A DNA stretch of 64,000 nucleotides from Eledone cirrhosa (GCA_964016885.1 OZ024754.1:14942001-15006000); one strand, 5' to 3'. Counted from the first letter of the stretch, positions 13,932 through 26,832 are shown. Notes: generated by a model not told the origin, from the letters alone. A program made the numbers and translations.

Positions 13932-14698
13932 CTCGTTTGTATATTTGTATTTATATATATATATATATACTCGTTTATATATTTATATTTATATATATAT
14001 ATATATATATATACTCGTTTATATATTTATATATATATATAAACGAGTATAAAAAAAGAATATTTGATAAACCTACACGATATAAGTTCATCAAACCGGT
14101 TGTCGTTTGAATCGTGTTGTAACATGTTCAGTTTGTGCCTCGCATGTATCACATTTGAGATCATTTATGTAATTTTAGTTGTAAACATGTGCTGTTTGCT
14201 TTATAGAGTAATATATTGGCCTTTGTATTGGACTCTAACTCTCTATAGTAATATATATATGGTATTGCTTTGGCATTCAATAAGTCTCTCATGTTTTATT
14301 TGATATTCACATCTATTTGTATCTTACAAAATTCGTAACGCGCCTCTCTTCCGGCAAGCTGATTCATGCAATTATCATAAAGAATATCATCATCATCATC
14401 ATCATTATCAGTGTTTAACGTCCATTTTTTTCACGCTAGCATGGGTTAGACGAGTTGTCCAGCTGTGATTCAAGTCAAGACAGATGACCGTGTCTTGCTC
14501 ATACAGAACTGTTTCTGGCTTGGTTTCTACAGCTGGATAGTTTTCTTAACCCCAACAGCATTTGCAGTGTGGATTGGACGCTATTTATCGTGTAACCAAT
14601 ATGACCACTTTACAGTGTGAACTGGCCACTTTTTGTCGTAGCACCAAAACGACCACTATATGTAGTATGTATGTATGTATGTATGTATGTATGTATGT

Positions 14699-15797
14699 TA
14701 TCTCTTTCTCTTAATTTCGAGTATATTTTCGACCGGCCACCTTCCTGGTGGCAAGGTTGTAAAAGAAAAGAAATTGTCATCCCTTGAATCGCAAGAATGT
14801 TTTGCAAATTTTGAAGGTGCCAGCTATCGCAGCCATTTGTAGACTATGAATTAGGGAGCTTCGCTCTTTATCCGCAAATCCAAGTTCAGTCATACTTTGG
14901 TCCAAGCGGGTTGGTATATAACCCGTAGCTCCAATAATGATGCGTATGAAGCTAAAGGTGTATCTTGGATACTGGATTTGTAAACTCCTCATCAATAGTC
15001 CGTAGATGTCCTCCTTCTGTATTTTTCTGACAACGTTTACATCAAGTGGGCAGCTGATCTCCACAACAGAACACGTTTTCAAAGTGTGGTCCCAAACCAC
15101 AATATCAGGCCAGTTGTGCTTTAATTTGGTGGCAGTTTTTATTTTCAGGTTCCACCAGTATTCCTTAGTGCCATCTGTCTCAATATATTCTTCCTCGTTT
15201 GTTGTTAATTTTGTTTTCCGAAGTGCGTTCCAGATGATTCTAGCTATCCCATCGTGTCTCATGGGGAGGTAGTAGAGAGATGACATTCTTTCGCAGTTGG
15301 CAACAATGTGGCGTACATCTTCGATCTTTGTTTTACATAGCCTACATTTATTGTCAGCTGATGGCCCTCCTCTTTTGTGCAGCAGATATTTGGTAGGGAG
15401 TTCTTGTTCCTGTATTGCATAGAGATATCCCCCAAGGCGTGATGTCATAAACTTATCGGAACTCCATGCCAGGCTTTTTGAGTGGTTTATCCCCTCTATG
15501 GTCTGTGTTTTACGTCTCAAGTATCCATGCACAACTTTTTCTGTAAATTGGTCAATTTGTTCATCTTGTTTGAACATTGAATAGGATCTTCCGATTTCTC
15601 TGGGGGAGAGATTTATATCAGGCTTTATTCCATATCTCTCCTCCAGATCAGTCGCTATCCTAATGATATTTTTTTCTTCACGCTCATAAACCTGAGCAAG
15701 ATGGTTGCCAACCTTTTTCCTATGTTGAAGATGTTGCTTCAGTGTTACTATCCGGATCTCATATGATGTTAATATGGATTTTAGACCCCGGCCACCT
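14699..15797 (-). mobile_element. 5'-truncated R4/Dong-clade non-LTR retrotransposon (CCHC plus restriction-like endonuclease)
   Basis: CRLC..E...HIVANC, RHD, PDIVVWD..EISCP motifs. Flanked on both sides by (TACA)n. Confidence 0.85.
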
Positions 15798-15920
15798 GTA
15801 TGTATGTATGTACGTATGTGGTCAGCTGGTAGACTCACCAGATAGTGTAGAATGTATGAAGGCATACCCCAGTCGTGGTGATGGAGATGATATATATTTA
15901 ATGTGCACTATATGATTTTG

Positions 15921-15999
<79 letters not shown>

Positions 16000-16291
16000 T
16001 CATCATCATCATCATCATCATCAGGTTTAGCGTCCGTGTTCCACGCTTGCATGGGTTTGGACGTGGGGTTTTCCCACTTGAGGCAAGAGTGGTTGTCTTG
16101 CTCGCATAGGACTGTCTGGCGGGTTTTCTACAGTTGGATGCCCTTCCTAACACCAACCACATTTACAGTGTGGGGCTGGGAGGTTTTTACCGTGTTGCCT
16201 ACACGGCCACATTACAGCGTGGACTGTGTGTTTTTTGTCGTGACACCTACACGATCTCATTTGTTTCGGCCTGGATGTTGTGGCACCAACA

Positions 16292-16323
<32 letters not shown>

Positions 16324-16437
16324 AGTAATAATCTGTTATTTTAATATATATATAAGAAGCAAAGAAAATTTCAGTGATACGAAAGATTTCCTGGTAGAAC
16401 CCGCCCGTCCCTTCAATCTTTCTTAGTTCTTATTCTT

Positions 16438-16475
16438 CCTTCTGATGAAGGACTAGCGTCCAAAACGTTAAGCCT
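16438..16475 (+). ncRNA. degenerate minimal hammerhead, family E (also about 27800..27835, 29483..29517, 34091..34125, all minus)
   Basis: Consensus of four copies is CUU-CUGAUGA-A-GGAC uagc GUCC-GAAACGUU-AAG. Each copy carries private substitutions. Confidence 0.6.
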
Positions 16476-16564
16476 CTCTTCCTGCTATTTCAAGCGTTAA
16501 CCTAATATATTCCTTCCATATACTGTACCGATTGTGTTGTTATTTCTGTTTACATATACATATA

Positions 16565-16724
<160 letters not shown>

Positions 16725-16749
16725 AATATATTTTTAATATATTTTGCAG

Positions 16750-16921
16750 CCGGAACTGAATTTGACCAATATCATGTATAACTCTCATTACACCATCCGA
16801 ATCGAGTCGAATGTGAAACCTCGTACTTCTCTAATAAACATAGAAGTTGAAACACCAAAATGTGTGACTCCAGACCCCACCCTTACATATTGTGAACATG
16901 AAATAATGTCGAGTCAAATAG
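16750..16921 (+). CDS. RTK exon 5 ([20 protein letters not shown]...ETPKC...YCEHE)
   Basis: ttttgcag| and |gttagt, phase 0 to 1. LTNI.YNSHY.IRI is an FN3 motif. Confidence 0.85.
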
Positions 16922-17590
16922 GTTAGTTTCACAAGTACTGTTATATTTGTTGTTTTCAGTAAATTAGTTTCAAGCAATTTGGGGAAGATTGATGTTGCTT
17001 TCTCAAAGCACCACTAACATGTTATCGGTGCTTTGAGAATATATCGATCCGTATATATAGTGGAAAATAAGGAAAATCCTTGGTACAGTAATATATATTT
17101 GAAAAATGAGAAGAATGACTTCACTGATGATTGGTATATTTTAACCATCTAACGTTTAAAAATGAGTCATTTTTGTTTATTAGTTCTTGTAAATCTTTTT
17201 CCCAATTGAGAACTTTAACACGTAGTGACAGTTCCCTACTTTAGTTAACAAGAACTTAGAGTGTATAACTCGTGTATCTAATGGAATCTTAAAGCATAAA
17301 AGTTAACTTAAGATACAAATAGATATAATGTTATAGTCACATCGTCCCAACCAGACCAAAACTGATCCCGGTTCTATTAAACAAAACCACTGATTTTAAA
17401 GGATTCAAATTCACGTTAAACATGTCGCCATAAGTTTACATAAGAATCAGATATTATGAACTGATTGATAATTTTAACAAATTCCTTCAAATCTCCCTTA
17501 TTTATTGAAGTAGAGTGTATTTCTTCCGTCTGTCTAACTTAATGTAAATGATACAGTTTTGTTTTTATATCTGTCTATATATTTATCCAG

Positions 17591-17826
17591 GGGTAATAAC
17601 GTGGTATCTGAACAATGCTTCACTATCTTATAACTTAACCGTTGAAAAAGTAATGGCGAACATATCGTGGGTGGCACCGTTTAATAAACCTAACGTGAAA
17701 TACAGCGTTTCTTGGCAGGGACCCGAAATGAGTGAGACATCGGACCGGATTGTTGCTGGCAAAATTGTGACCTCATTAAATTATGCCATCCTAAAGCTGG
17801 ATATTGGTTTTGTCTACAAAATACGG
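17591..17826 (+). CDS. RTK exon 6 (FN3: ANISWVAP...KYSVSW...LDIGFVYKIR)
   Basis: tatccag| and |gtaatt, phase 1 to 0. Canonical FN3 W-x-x-P and Y motifs. Confidence 0.9.
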
Positions 17827-17899
17827 GTAATTTCACCATTATATCACCATTATCGCTATTGTTGTTCTTCGTTATTATTATTATCATTATCATAATGTT

Positions 17900-17979
<80 letters not shown>

Positions 17980-18181
17980 TATGTATACGTACATACATAT
18001 ATGTATTCAAACGTACAGTAGTATGTATATATATATACATACATGCACACATATATATATGTACGTATGGATTCACCAAACATTTATTATAATGCTCAGT
18101 GTGTTTGTAAACAAACATCCCGTATTAAGCCGCAGTGTCTAGCAACCACCGTTGCTCGTTTGTTCAACACTGACAAAGGAA

Positions 18182-18222
18182 CGCTGTACTAGTTTCAAGC
18201 TTGTTAGCTATCGTCAGCAACG
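18182..18222 (-). ncRNA. minimal type I hammerhead, family F (left arm of palindrome)
   Basis: CGUUG-CUGACGA-U-AGC/GCU-U-GAAAC-UA-GUA-CAGCG. Stem III is the palindrome ACUAGU. Confidence 0.75.
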
Positions 18223-18354
18223 TATACCTTCCTGCCAGATAGTTGAACGTCCGAAAGTATATACTTTCCTTATGCATATTGGGCTACTCAGCCGTTAATA
18301 TGCATAAGGAAAGTATATACTTTCGGACGTTCAACTATCTGGCAGAAAGGTATA

Positions 18355-18395
18355 CGTTTCTGACGATAGCTAACAAGCTTGAAACTAGTACAGCG
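18355..18395 (+). ncRNA. minimal type I hammerhead, family F (right arm)
   Basis: Mirror copy of 18182-18222 with one stem I mismatch. Confidence 0.7.
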
Positions 18396-19383
18396 TTCCT
18401 TTGTCAGTGTTGAACAAACGAGCAACGGTGGTTGCTAGACACTACGGCTTAATACGGGATGTTTGTTTACAAACACACTAACATTATAATAAATGTTTGG
18501 TGAATCCATACGTACATATATATATATATATATGTGCATGTATGTATATATATATACATACTACTGTACGTCTGTATACATATATGTATGTACGTGTACA
18601 TACTTATATTTAAGTAACAGCCGTACTAAGAGTGGGAAATGAAATTTCGTTTCATTTTTTCCGTTTATATATATATATATATATACATATATATATACAT
18701 ATATATATGAAGATTATAATCGTCTTAAATATGCTGACTACAATATATATTGTTCAATCATATGCAATACTTAATTATTTATCACACTTCACCAGAAAGA
18801 CTATACTTGTTGAAGTGACTATTCACTACGTGGTAGAATTCAGGAATTATATATATATATATATATGTAGTGAAAATATATTTTTATCTTCATTGTTTTT
18901 GTTGACTTCGAAACTTTTTACTCGATGTTCAACTATTATATAATTATATCCTCGAGATAAATTATTAAAATACCGTTCGTATCTTTCATCCCTTCTACAT
19001 GTGTGTGTGTGTGTTTGTAAATATATATATGTATGTGTGTGAAGGCGCGTGGCTGAGTGGTTAGGGAATTAGATCGCAATCTTGAGGTTGTGAGTTTGGT
19101 TCCCAGACCGGGCGATGCGTTATGTCCTTGAGCAAGACACTTTGCTCCTTCACGTTGCTCCTTCTGTCTGGATTTGCGACCGACATATAGTATTAGCAAT
19201 TGGAAAGACCAATGAAAACATTGTTTCCACGCTCCGATTTGACGAATTGCACTCCACTCGTTAAGCAAATGAGGTCTGGGATCTTGTCAATCGACTATCG
19301 ATGTGTGTGTTGTGTGTGTAGCTGTATATTTGTATATGTGTAATATGCTAGAGAATTTATACATGTTTGTATGTACGTCATAG

Positions 19384-19519
19384 GTAAAGGCATTCTATCG
19401 GACAGAACAAGGCACCAATGAAACACTGGACAGTGAGTTTACTTATCTCAACCTTACTCGGTCCAGCTACCAGCAGGAAGAAACAAATGAAGGGAACACA
19501 CAGAAAAATGTCAGCAACA
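19384..19519 (+). CDS. RTK exon 7 (VKAFYRTEQGTNETLDSEFTYLNLT...; end of FN3 plus stalk)
   Basis: tcatag| and |gtacgt, phase 0 to 1. Completes the YKIR-VKA FN3 strand; N-glycosylation sequons present. Confidence 0.85.
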
Positions 19520-19907
19520 GTACGTCAACATATATTTATTTATTATTATTATTGTTATCATGAGGGCGGTTGATTGGCAGTATCAGTAGAAGGTCGGACG
19601 CCATGCTTTGACGCATAGAGTTACGTCCCTTTACGACCTGAGTTCAAATCCCGCCGAGGTTGACTTTGCCTTTCATCCTTACGGAGTCGATAAAATAAAG
19701 TACCAGTAATGCACTGGGTAATTTGCTGGCCTTGTGCCTAAAGTAGAAACAATTATTATTGTTATCATTAGAGTTGTTGTTGTTGTGTGGGCAGAGCGTC
19801 CGACAGCATGCTTTGCGGCATTTAGTTAAGACACCTTACGTTCTGAGTGTAAATCCTGACGAGGTCAGCTTTGCCTTTCATCACTACGAGGTCGACAACT
19901 CACGCAT

Positions 19908-20036
<129 letters not shown>

Positions 20037-20729
20037 CACACACTGTAAACGTGGTTGGTGTTAGGAAGGGTATCCAGCCGTAGAAAACCTGCCAGGCAGC
20101 CATATACGAGCGAAACATGGTCACCTGACCAATCTTGCCTCAAGTAGGACAATTCCCGTCTAAACCCATGCTAGCGTGGAAGATAGACATTAAACGTTGA
20201 TGATGATGATGATGACATACACATACATATATATGCACATATATGTATACATACGTACATATATATGTACATACATATATGAGATGTCAACATGCATGGA
20301 CCTATTATTTTTATCTAAAGACATTTTTTCCAATTCCATCCTATATTATATATACTCCAGTCCTACAAACTGTAGAGTGCTACTTATCCGATATTTGCAT
20401 TGCTTTATTGTGCTACAATATAGCTCACCTCCTACATTATACATATATATATATATATATATCATAAAACATGTCTTTAGAATCACTAGATATAATATAT
20501 ACAATTTCCTCTCCCAATTAGCATAATTAACCATATAAAAAAAATCAATTAGACCAAGCTATAAGAATAAAGGCTCCTATGAAGAAATCTCCGACAAATA
20601 ACCGAAAGCAGCCCCTTCGCGGTGGCTACGATGGAATATTTATCGAACATTTCGACAGCATGTAGAAATCGACCAGGTATACAGTCAACTGTAAAATCAA
20701 ACTTAGAAGAAATGTGTACATACTAAATT

Positions 20730-20805
20730 ACCTCTACCATGGTTTCATCCGTATTTTAAGACATCCGATAACGGAATGTCCAGAGCTTCGGATTCATCAG
20801 GAGTG
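20730..20805 (-). ncRNA. type I hammerhead, family L
   Basis: CUC-CUGAUGA-AUCCG...CGGAU-GAAAC-CAUG-GUA-GAG. Palindromic stem III ACCAUGGU, with an extra hairpin inside loop II. Confidence 0.75.
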
Positions 20806-20961
20806 AACTCAAAATTAGACATTTAATTTTCCAAAGTGATCGCGCCAAAAATACATTCAAAAATGGCTAAGAATCGTGACGTGGCAGCGGTCAAGTTTGA
20901 GCCACAACGTGACCTGTTGCAAAACACATATATATCTATGACTTTATATATATATGTAAAC

Positions 20962-21000
<39 letters not shown>

Positions 21001-21734
21001 AACGAATAGGACCCCGACGGCTGAGCTCAAGCCGTTTCGACGGCTAATTCTGGACTAAAATTTTTTAGTCCAGAATTAGCTGTCGAAACGGCTTGAGCTC
21101 AGCCGTCGGGGTCCTACTCGTTCCTATTACCCACTCTACTACCCTAAGTATTGAGTACTTTGGTGCGTTATGGTCCATCTGGTTCCTTACCACATTTCCT
21201 TCGTTATATATATATATATATATATATATGAAAAATATGGGTGAGAAGAATACTGCTGGTTGCACATGGATAACATGTTATAAAATGAGTCCCTCATCAG
21301 TGATTTACCAAACGATCATGGGTATTTCATCGCATTAAAAATCATATACCTCACGTTGGAGCGATAATAACTAAAATAAGTTATTAAGACAATAGAAACG
21401 CGTAAAGCGAGTGGGACAAGTAAACAACACAGGGGGAAGCTAACCAAAGATGGAAATAAACACAAGCAACATAGTTATTCTTTCAGCATAAGCTGTGTGA
21501 ATATATGAGCGAGTCAGAAAACAGACCTTTCGCTAGTGAATCCGGTGTTAGAAAGAATGAAAACCGTTTTCCCAGCGAACGGGAGGAAGAAAGAAGGGGA
21601 GAAACAGGGACTGAGTGAGTGGGAGTGCGAGGAATACACACACAGACACACACACACACACATATATATATATATTTTTATAGAAGGAGCTTCTACAGAA
21701 CTAGTACTGTTTCATTCAGATGAAATCTTCAGGA

Positions 21735-21785
21735 AGCTTCCTGAAGATTTCATCTGAATGAAACAGTACTAGTCCTGTAGAAGCT
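21735..21785 (+). ncRNA. type I hammerhead, family B (mirror copy at 21688..21738 on minus)
   Basis: AGCUUC-CUGAAGA-UUUCAUCUGAAU-GAAAC-AG...CU-GUA-GAAGCU. Stem II is weak. Related copies at 2858..2904 (-) and 60268..60362. Confidence 0.7.
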
Positions 21786-21871
21786 CCTTCTATAAAATAA
21801 AAAAATGTTACTCTGCCATGTATTGAGTACCTTACTTACTATGGTTATCCCCGACTCAACCCGGGACCTAC

Positions 21872-21906
<35 letters not shown>

Positions 21907-21912
<6 letters not shown>

Positions 21913-22109
21913 ATGCCTTCTTCAGACAAAATACAATATAGACAGTTTTATAGATAAATAGATTTGACATACCGTTCAACATCGACTTGTATTTGAAAAA
22001 GTTGATTTGGCAACTTTTTCAAATACAAGTCGATGTTGAACGGTATGTCAAATCTATTTATCTATAAAACTGTCTATATTGTATTTTGTCTGAAGAAGGC
22101 ATAACATAT
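21907..22109. repeat. about 200-bp perfect palindrome (family C)
   Basis: Arms atgttatgccttcttcagac.../...gtctgaagaaggcataacat. The right arm continues into an HHR and a tail to 22278. Confidence 0.9.
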
Positions 22110-22147
22110 TGTTAATATGATATCCCTGAAATATATATAATGAAATA
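22082..22147 (+). ncRNA. type I hammerhead, family C
   Basis: UAUUUUGU-CUGAAGA-AGG...CCU-GAAA-UAUAUAU-A-AUGAAAUA. Confidence 0.75.
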
Positions 22148-22641
22148 AATATGGTTTTATAAATATAGTTTCCATTTATTTAATATCGTAAATATACTCC
22201 AAATACTTGTTGAGTGCTTTTATATCAGTTATAAATATTTACTAGTTGTAACCCAACAATTTAAATATAACTTTCCATATATATATATATATATATATAC
22301 ATGTACATGTGTATATCTGTGTGTGAAACGTTAGGGAAACAGCGACCCAAATCAGACCCGGTTGGAATATTAAATTGATGTGTGATACTCCCACCAGATT
22401 CGTCGTTTCTATCAACAGTTCTTAAAGTTCACACCTAGGATTTTGTTATCGAGCTCCTAACAACCAGACACACATATATATATATATATATATACATACA
22501 TACCTGTGTGTGAGAGTATGTGTAACCGCGTGCATATCTATTTATATGTATATATATATTATACTCTTACACATATACCTCTGTGTGAGACTATGTGCGA
22601 GCGCACGCATCTGTGTTTATATGTATCTATCTATCTATCTA

Positions 22642-22677
<36 letters not shown>

Positions 22678-22794
22678 TAGATAGATAGATAGATACATAT
22701 AAACACAGGCACACACAAACACACACATATATACATAAATAAATCTCACACGTATATATTATATATGTGTGAGATTTAGTGAATATATTATATG

Positions 22795-22832
<38 letters not shown>

Positions 22833-22989
22833 CATATACAACATATATACGTGTATACATACATACACACATTGATACACACACACAGGATCCTGAATCT
22901 TTTCTCATATATACATATATACATATGTATATATATATATATATATGTATATGTGTGTGTGTATATATGTATATGTGTGTGTGTATATA

Positions 22990-23037
<48 letters not shown>

Positions 23038-23064
23038 AACACATATACATATATACACACACAC

Positions 23065-23096
<32 letters not shown>

Positions 23097-23176
23097 GTAT
23101 ATATGAGAAAAGATTCAGGATCCTGTGTGTGTGTATGTATACACGTATATATTATGTTGTATGTGTGTGTTTATAT

Positions 23177-23261
<85 letters not shown>

Positions 23262-23425
23262 TATTCACTAAATCTCACACATATATAATATATACGTGTG
23301 TATTTATTTATTTATATATGTGTGTGTGTTTGTGTGTGCTTGTGCGTGTTTGTTTGCGTTTATGTGCAGGTGTCTATATGAGTACTATATATATATATAT
23401 ATATATAAATATATCAGGAGGACAC

Positions 23426-23486
<61 letters not shown>

Positions 23487-23711
23487 CGCAATGTATGGTA
23501 GATCTCCAACGGTGCGCAAGTAACGGCCGACTCAGAATCCCCACGGGGACTTTACTGTAAACTAAAACAAAGTTTGCTGTTTAATTGAGTCTTAAGCTAA
23601 TAAAACTTCCCATATGTAAATAGAAAAATGAGCTGTGGGTTGGAATATATACATCCATACACACACACACATATATATATATATATACATACATATATAT
23701 ATATACACACG

Positions 23712-23757
<46 letters not shown>

Positions 23758-24044
23758 TCACTGTATTTATACAGGTATAAACCTTATATATGTGTGTGTG
23801 TGTGTGTGTGTAGGTATGTGTATATAGAGAGAGAAAGCTAGAAACAGAGAAATGAAATAGTTAAGGGTGCAATACCTACCCATAATACTCGATTACAATG
23901 TCTAAATATCCTTATATATACAAACAAAAGCTAGATTGGCATTGCTCCTTCTCCGTCCCTCCCTAGTATCATAGTATACCGAAAACACTAACACCGACGA
24001 GTGAGAGAGAGAAAGGGTTATTTATAGCGAGAGAAAGACAAGGT

Positions 24045-24965
24045 ATATGGGTATATTTCTTTATTTGCCACAAGGGCGCAAAAGATGGGGACAAATACAG
24101 AGTGGGGAGTTTACATACATGCGTGTAAAAAGTCGAATTAATAAAAATAACAAATAACAATTAACAATTGAAATCCTCAATAGGGGGAGGCGTTACACTT
24201 GGGTTGTACACACTCCGAAAAAATGTACAACCCTCATCTCCAGGAGCACGAAGAGTGAGCGCTCCATTCTTCTCTTCCTCTTTTTCCTCAACCTACAGGT
24301 TTATATAAAGAGAAGGCCCAACCACTCGGGCCATCCTTGCCACATTCACCAGACCTTTCGTAAAATTTGCTGGGGTGCAGCACCTCTCTCTCCACTCTGA
24401 TTTTTCTTCTAAAATGATATTTAAAGAAGCGAACCAGTTGTTCGCCGGAGAGAAAGGTGTCTGACCTCAGCCCTTTCAGCCTCGTTCACCATATAGCCTC
24501 TTTCGCCATAGCCATTACACAGAGGAAAACCGCCTCTCCTTCGTTTTTGAAGGAAGGTGGCGGTTTGATCGCAATAATGGACTCGGTGGTCAACCAGATT
24601 TGTCCCACCCGCGACAGTAGTCGTTCTGCGTAGCCCCACAGGTCGGAACGCCCGGGCAGTGTACAAATGCGTACGCGACGGTTTCCTCGTCCCGCACGCA
24701 TCTCGGACAGATCTTTTTAGAGGGATCCTTGCTCGGGCGCCCGTGTCTGTAGAGCTTGTCTCGAACGGGTAGAGCTCCTCGGTAGCCTACCGAACAGACT
24801 GGCCAGTTCGACTTCCTCTACGGCTAGAGTTTCTCCGAGAGTGTCGTCGCACTTGCTGCGAACTAACCCTTTATAGAATGACGAGGTGGAGTCTCCACTG
24901 ATCGCCGGGTCCGTTTGCCAGAGGACTGTGAGCGCCTGAGCACATTCAATGTGCCAATAGACAAA
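24045..24965 (-). mobile_element. degenerate Tx1/L1-clade LINE 3' fragment
   Basis: Frameshifted segments DLWGYAERLLSRVG...FLCVMAMAKEAIW, typical of the L1/Tx1 ORF2 C-terminus. A-rich 3' end at about 24050. Confidence 0.6.
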
Positions 24966-26548
24966 CAAGCAGATAGAGAGAGAGAGAGAGAGAGAGAAAC
25001 AAGTAGATAGATAGATAGTTATATAGATAGACAGACAGACAGAGTGGAAGAGGGTGCACGAGGATATTTACAGATGCGTATGCTGGACCTTCTTCGATTC
25101 CGACGACGCGTGTCCGACAACGGAAAAGCTTACTTATTTACGTTTAAGTGCCTGAGCATTTCACAGACACGTGTACCCCAGGGAGATTCAGCGTGTTACA
25201 ATGTGTGACAAGGCTGGTCCTTTGAATTACAACGTGAAATAAAGAGTCATGTTCAAAGATACAAGGCGCCGCACGAAGAATCGAACTCACTTCCTGAGGA
25301 TCTTGAGCCAAACACTCTAACCACTAAACCATGCGCCTTCACTGTGTCGGAATACTGTAAATTTGTTCGGCCATCGTTACTGAAGGATAGAATGCTTTGC
25401 GATATTCGCTTTTTGCTCTCTGCTTCTCTGTGTTCAAATCTTGCTAAGGTCAACTTATCTTTTCGAGGTCGATAAAAAACGAAGCAGTCAAGTACTGGGA
25501 GCGATTCTACCTCTATATCTCTTTCTCAGTTTCTATCTTACTCTGGTAGAAATCTGCTGTATGCAGACTTGTGAGAGGGGATGGTCACCGCCAGGTTTTA
25601 AAATGCGCTAGAAACGCCGTATGTCAATAAGGCAAACGAATTTACATATAGAAAAAGGTCGGTGGATTAAAAGATTCAGTAGAGTGTCGGACACCATGCT
25701 TTGCAGCATATAGCTGCGGCTCTTTACATTCTGATTTCAAATCCCACCGAGGATAGCTTTGCCTTTCATTCTTAAAGGGGTTGATTTAATCGAATCCCCC
25801 CCCCCTTCAAATTGCTGGCCTTGTGCCTAAACAATACATCAAATTAAAGACTCTTTAAAACAGTTTTTCAGTGAACGAGAGTGGCTTAGATGTTAGATCT
25901 CAGGATTCATATTCCTGATGTTGTGGGATCGATTCTTGGACCGAACGGTGCGATGTGTCCTTGAGCAAGTCACTTTATTTCACTTTGCTCCAGTTCAATC
26001 AGCTGTAGAAATGAGCTGCAACATCATTGGTGTCGGGATGTATCAGCAACTGCCCTTCCTTTGAACAACATCGATGACACGTAGAAATAGCTATTATTCA
26101 AATCCCGCCGAGGTTGACTTTGCCTTTCATCCTTACGGGGTCGATAAAATAAAGTACCAGTAATGCACTGGGTAATTGCTGGCCTTGTGCCTAAAGTAGA
26201 AATAATTATTGGTAGTATCGGTAGAGGGTCGGACGCCATGCTTTCCAGCATAGAGTTACGTCCCTTTACGATCTGAGTTCAAATCCCGCCGAGGTTGACT
26301 TTGCCTTTCATCCTTACGAGGTCGATAAAATAAAGTACCAGTAATGCACTGGGGTAATTGCTGGCCCAGAAACAATTATTGGTAGCATCGGTAGAGGGTC
26401 GGACGCCATGCTTTCCAACATAGAGTTACGTCCCTTTACGGTCTGAGTAACGGTCGATAAAATAAAGTACCAGTAATGCACTGGGGTAATTGCTGGCCTT
26501 GTGCCAAATGTAGAAACAATTATTATCTGTTTTCGATCTTATCTTCAC

Positions 26549-26589
<41 letters not shown>

Positions 26590-26661
26590 ACAACAACAGC
26601 TACAAGATTACAATCCCTATATTGTGTCATTTCAGTTTTTGTTTTCTTTTGTCTTATCTAG

Positions 26662-26832
26662 ACACCAAGAAAGTTTCCAGTGCTGCCATATTAGCAGTTT
26701 GTGCTACCATCTTTGTACTGATGGCAGTTCTAATGCTGTTAATATACAAGAAACGCAAAAGTCTCAAAGAAGTTGTTATCATCAAGACGATGGCAGCAAA
26801 GAACAATACTTATAAATCAAACGTCACGGGAT
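26662..26832 (+). CDS. RTK exon 8, transmembrane helix (AAILAVCATIFVLMAVLMLLIY-KKRK)
   Basis: tctag| and |gtaagt, phase 1 to 1. 22 hydrophobic residues followed by a basic stop-transfer segment. Confidence 0.9.

Larger units (their letters stand above)
17975..18608. repeat. about 630-bp near-perfect inverted repeat (family F)
   Basis: Arms pair around a loop at about 18281-18296. Confidence 0.9.
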
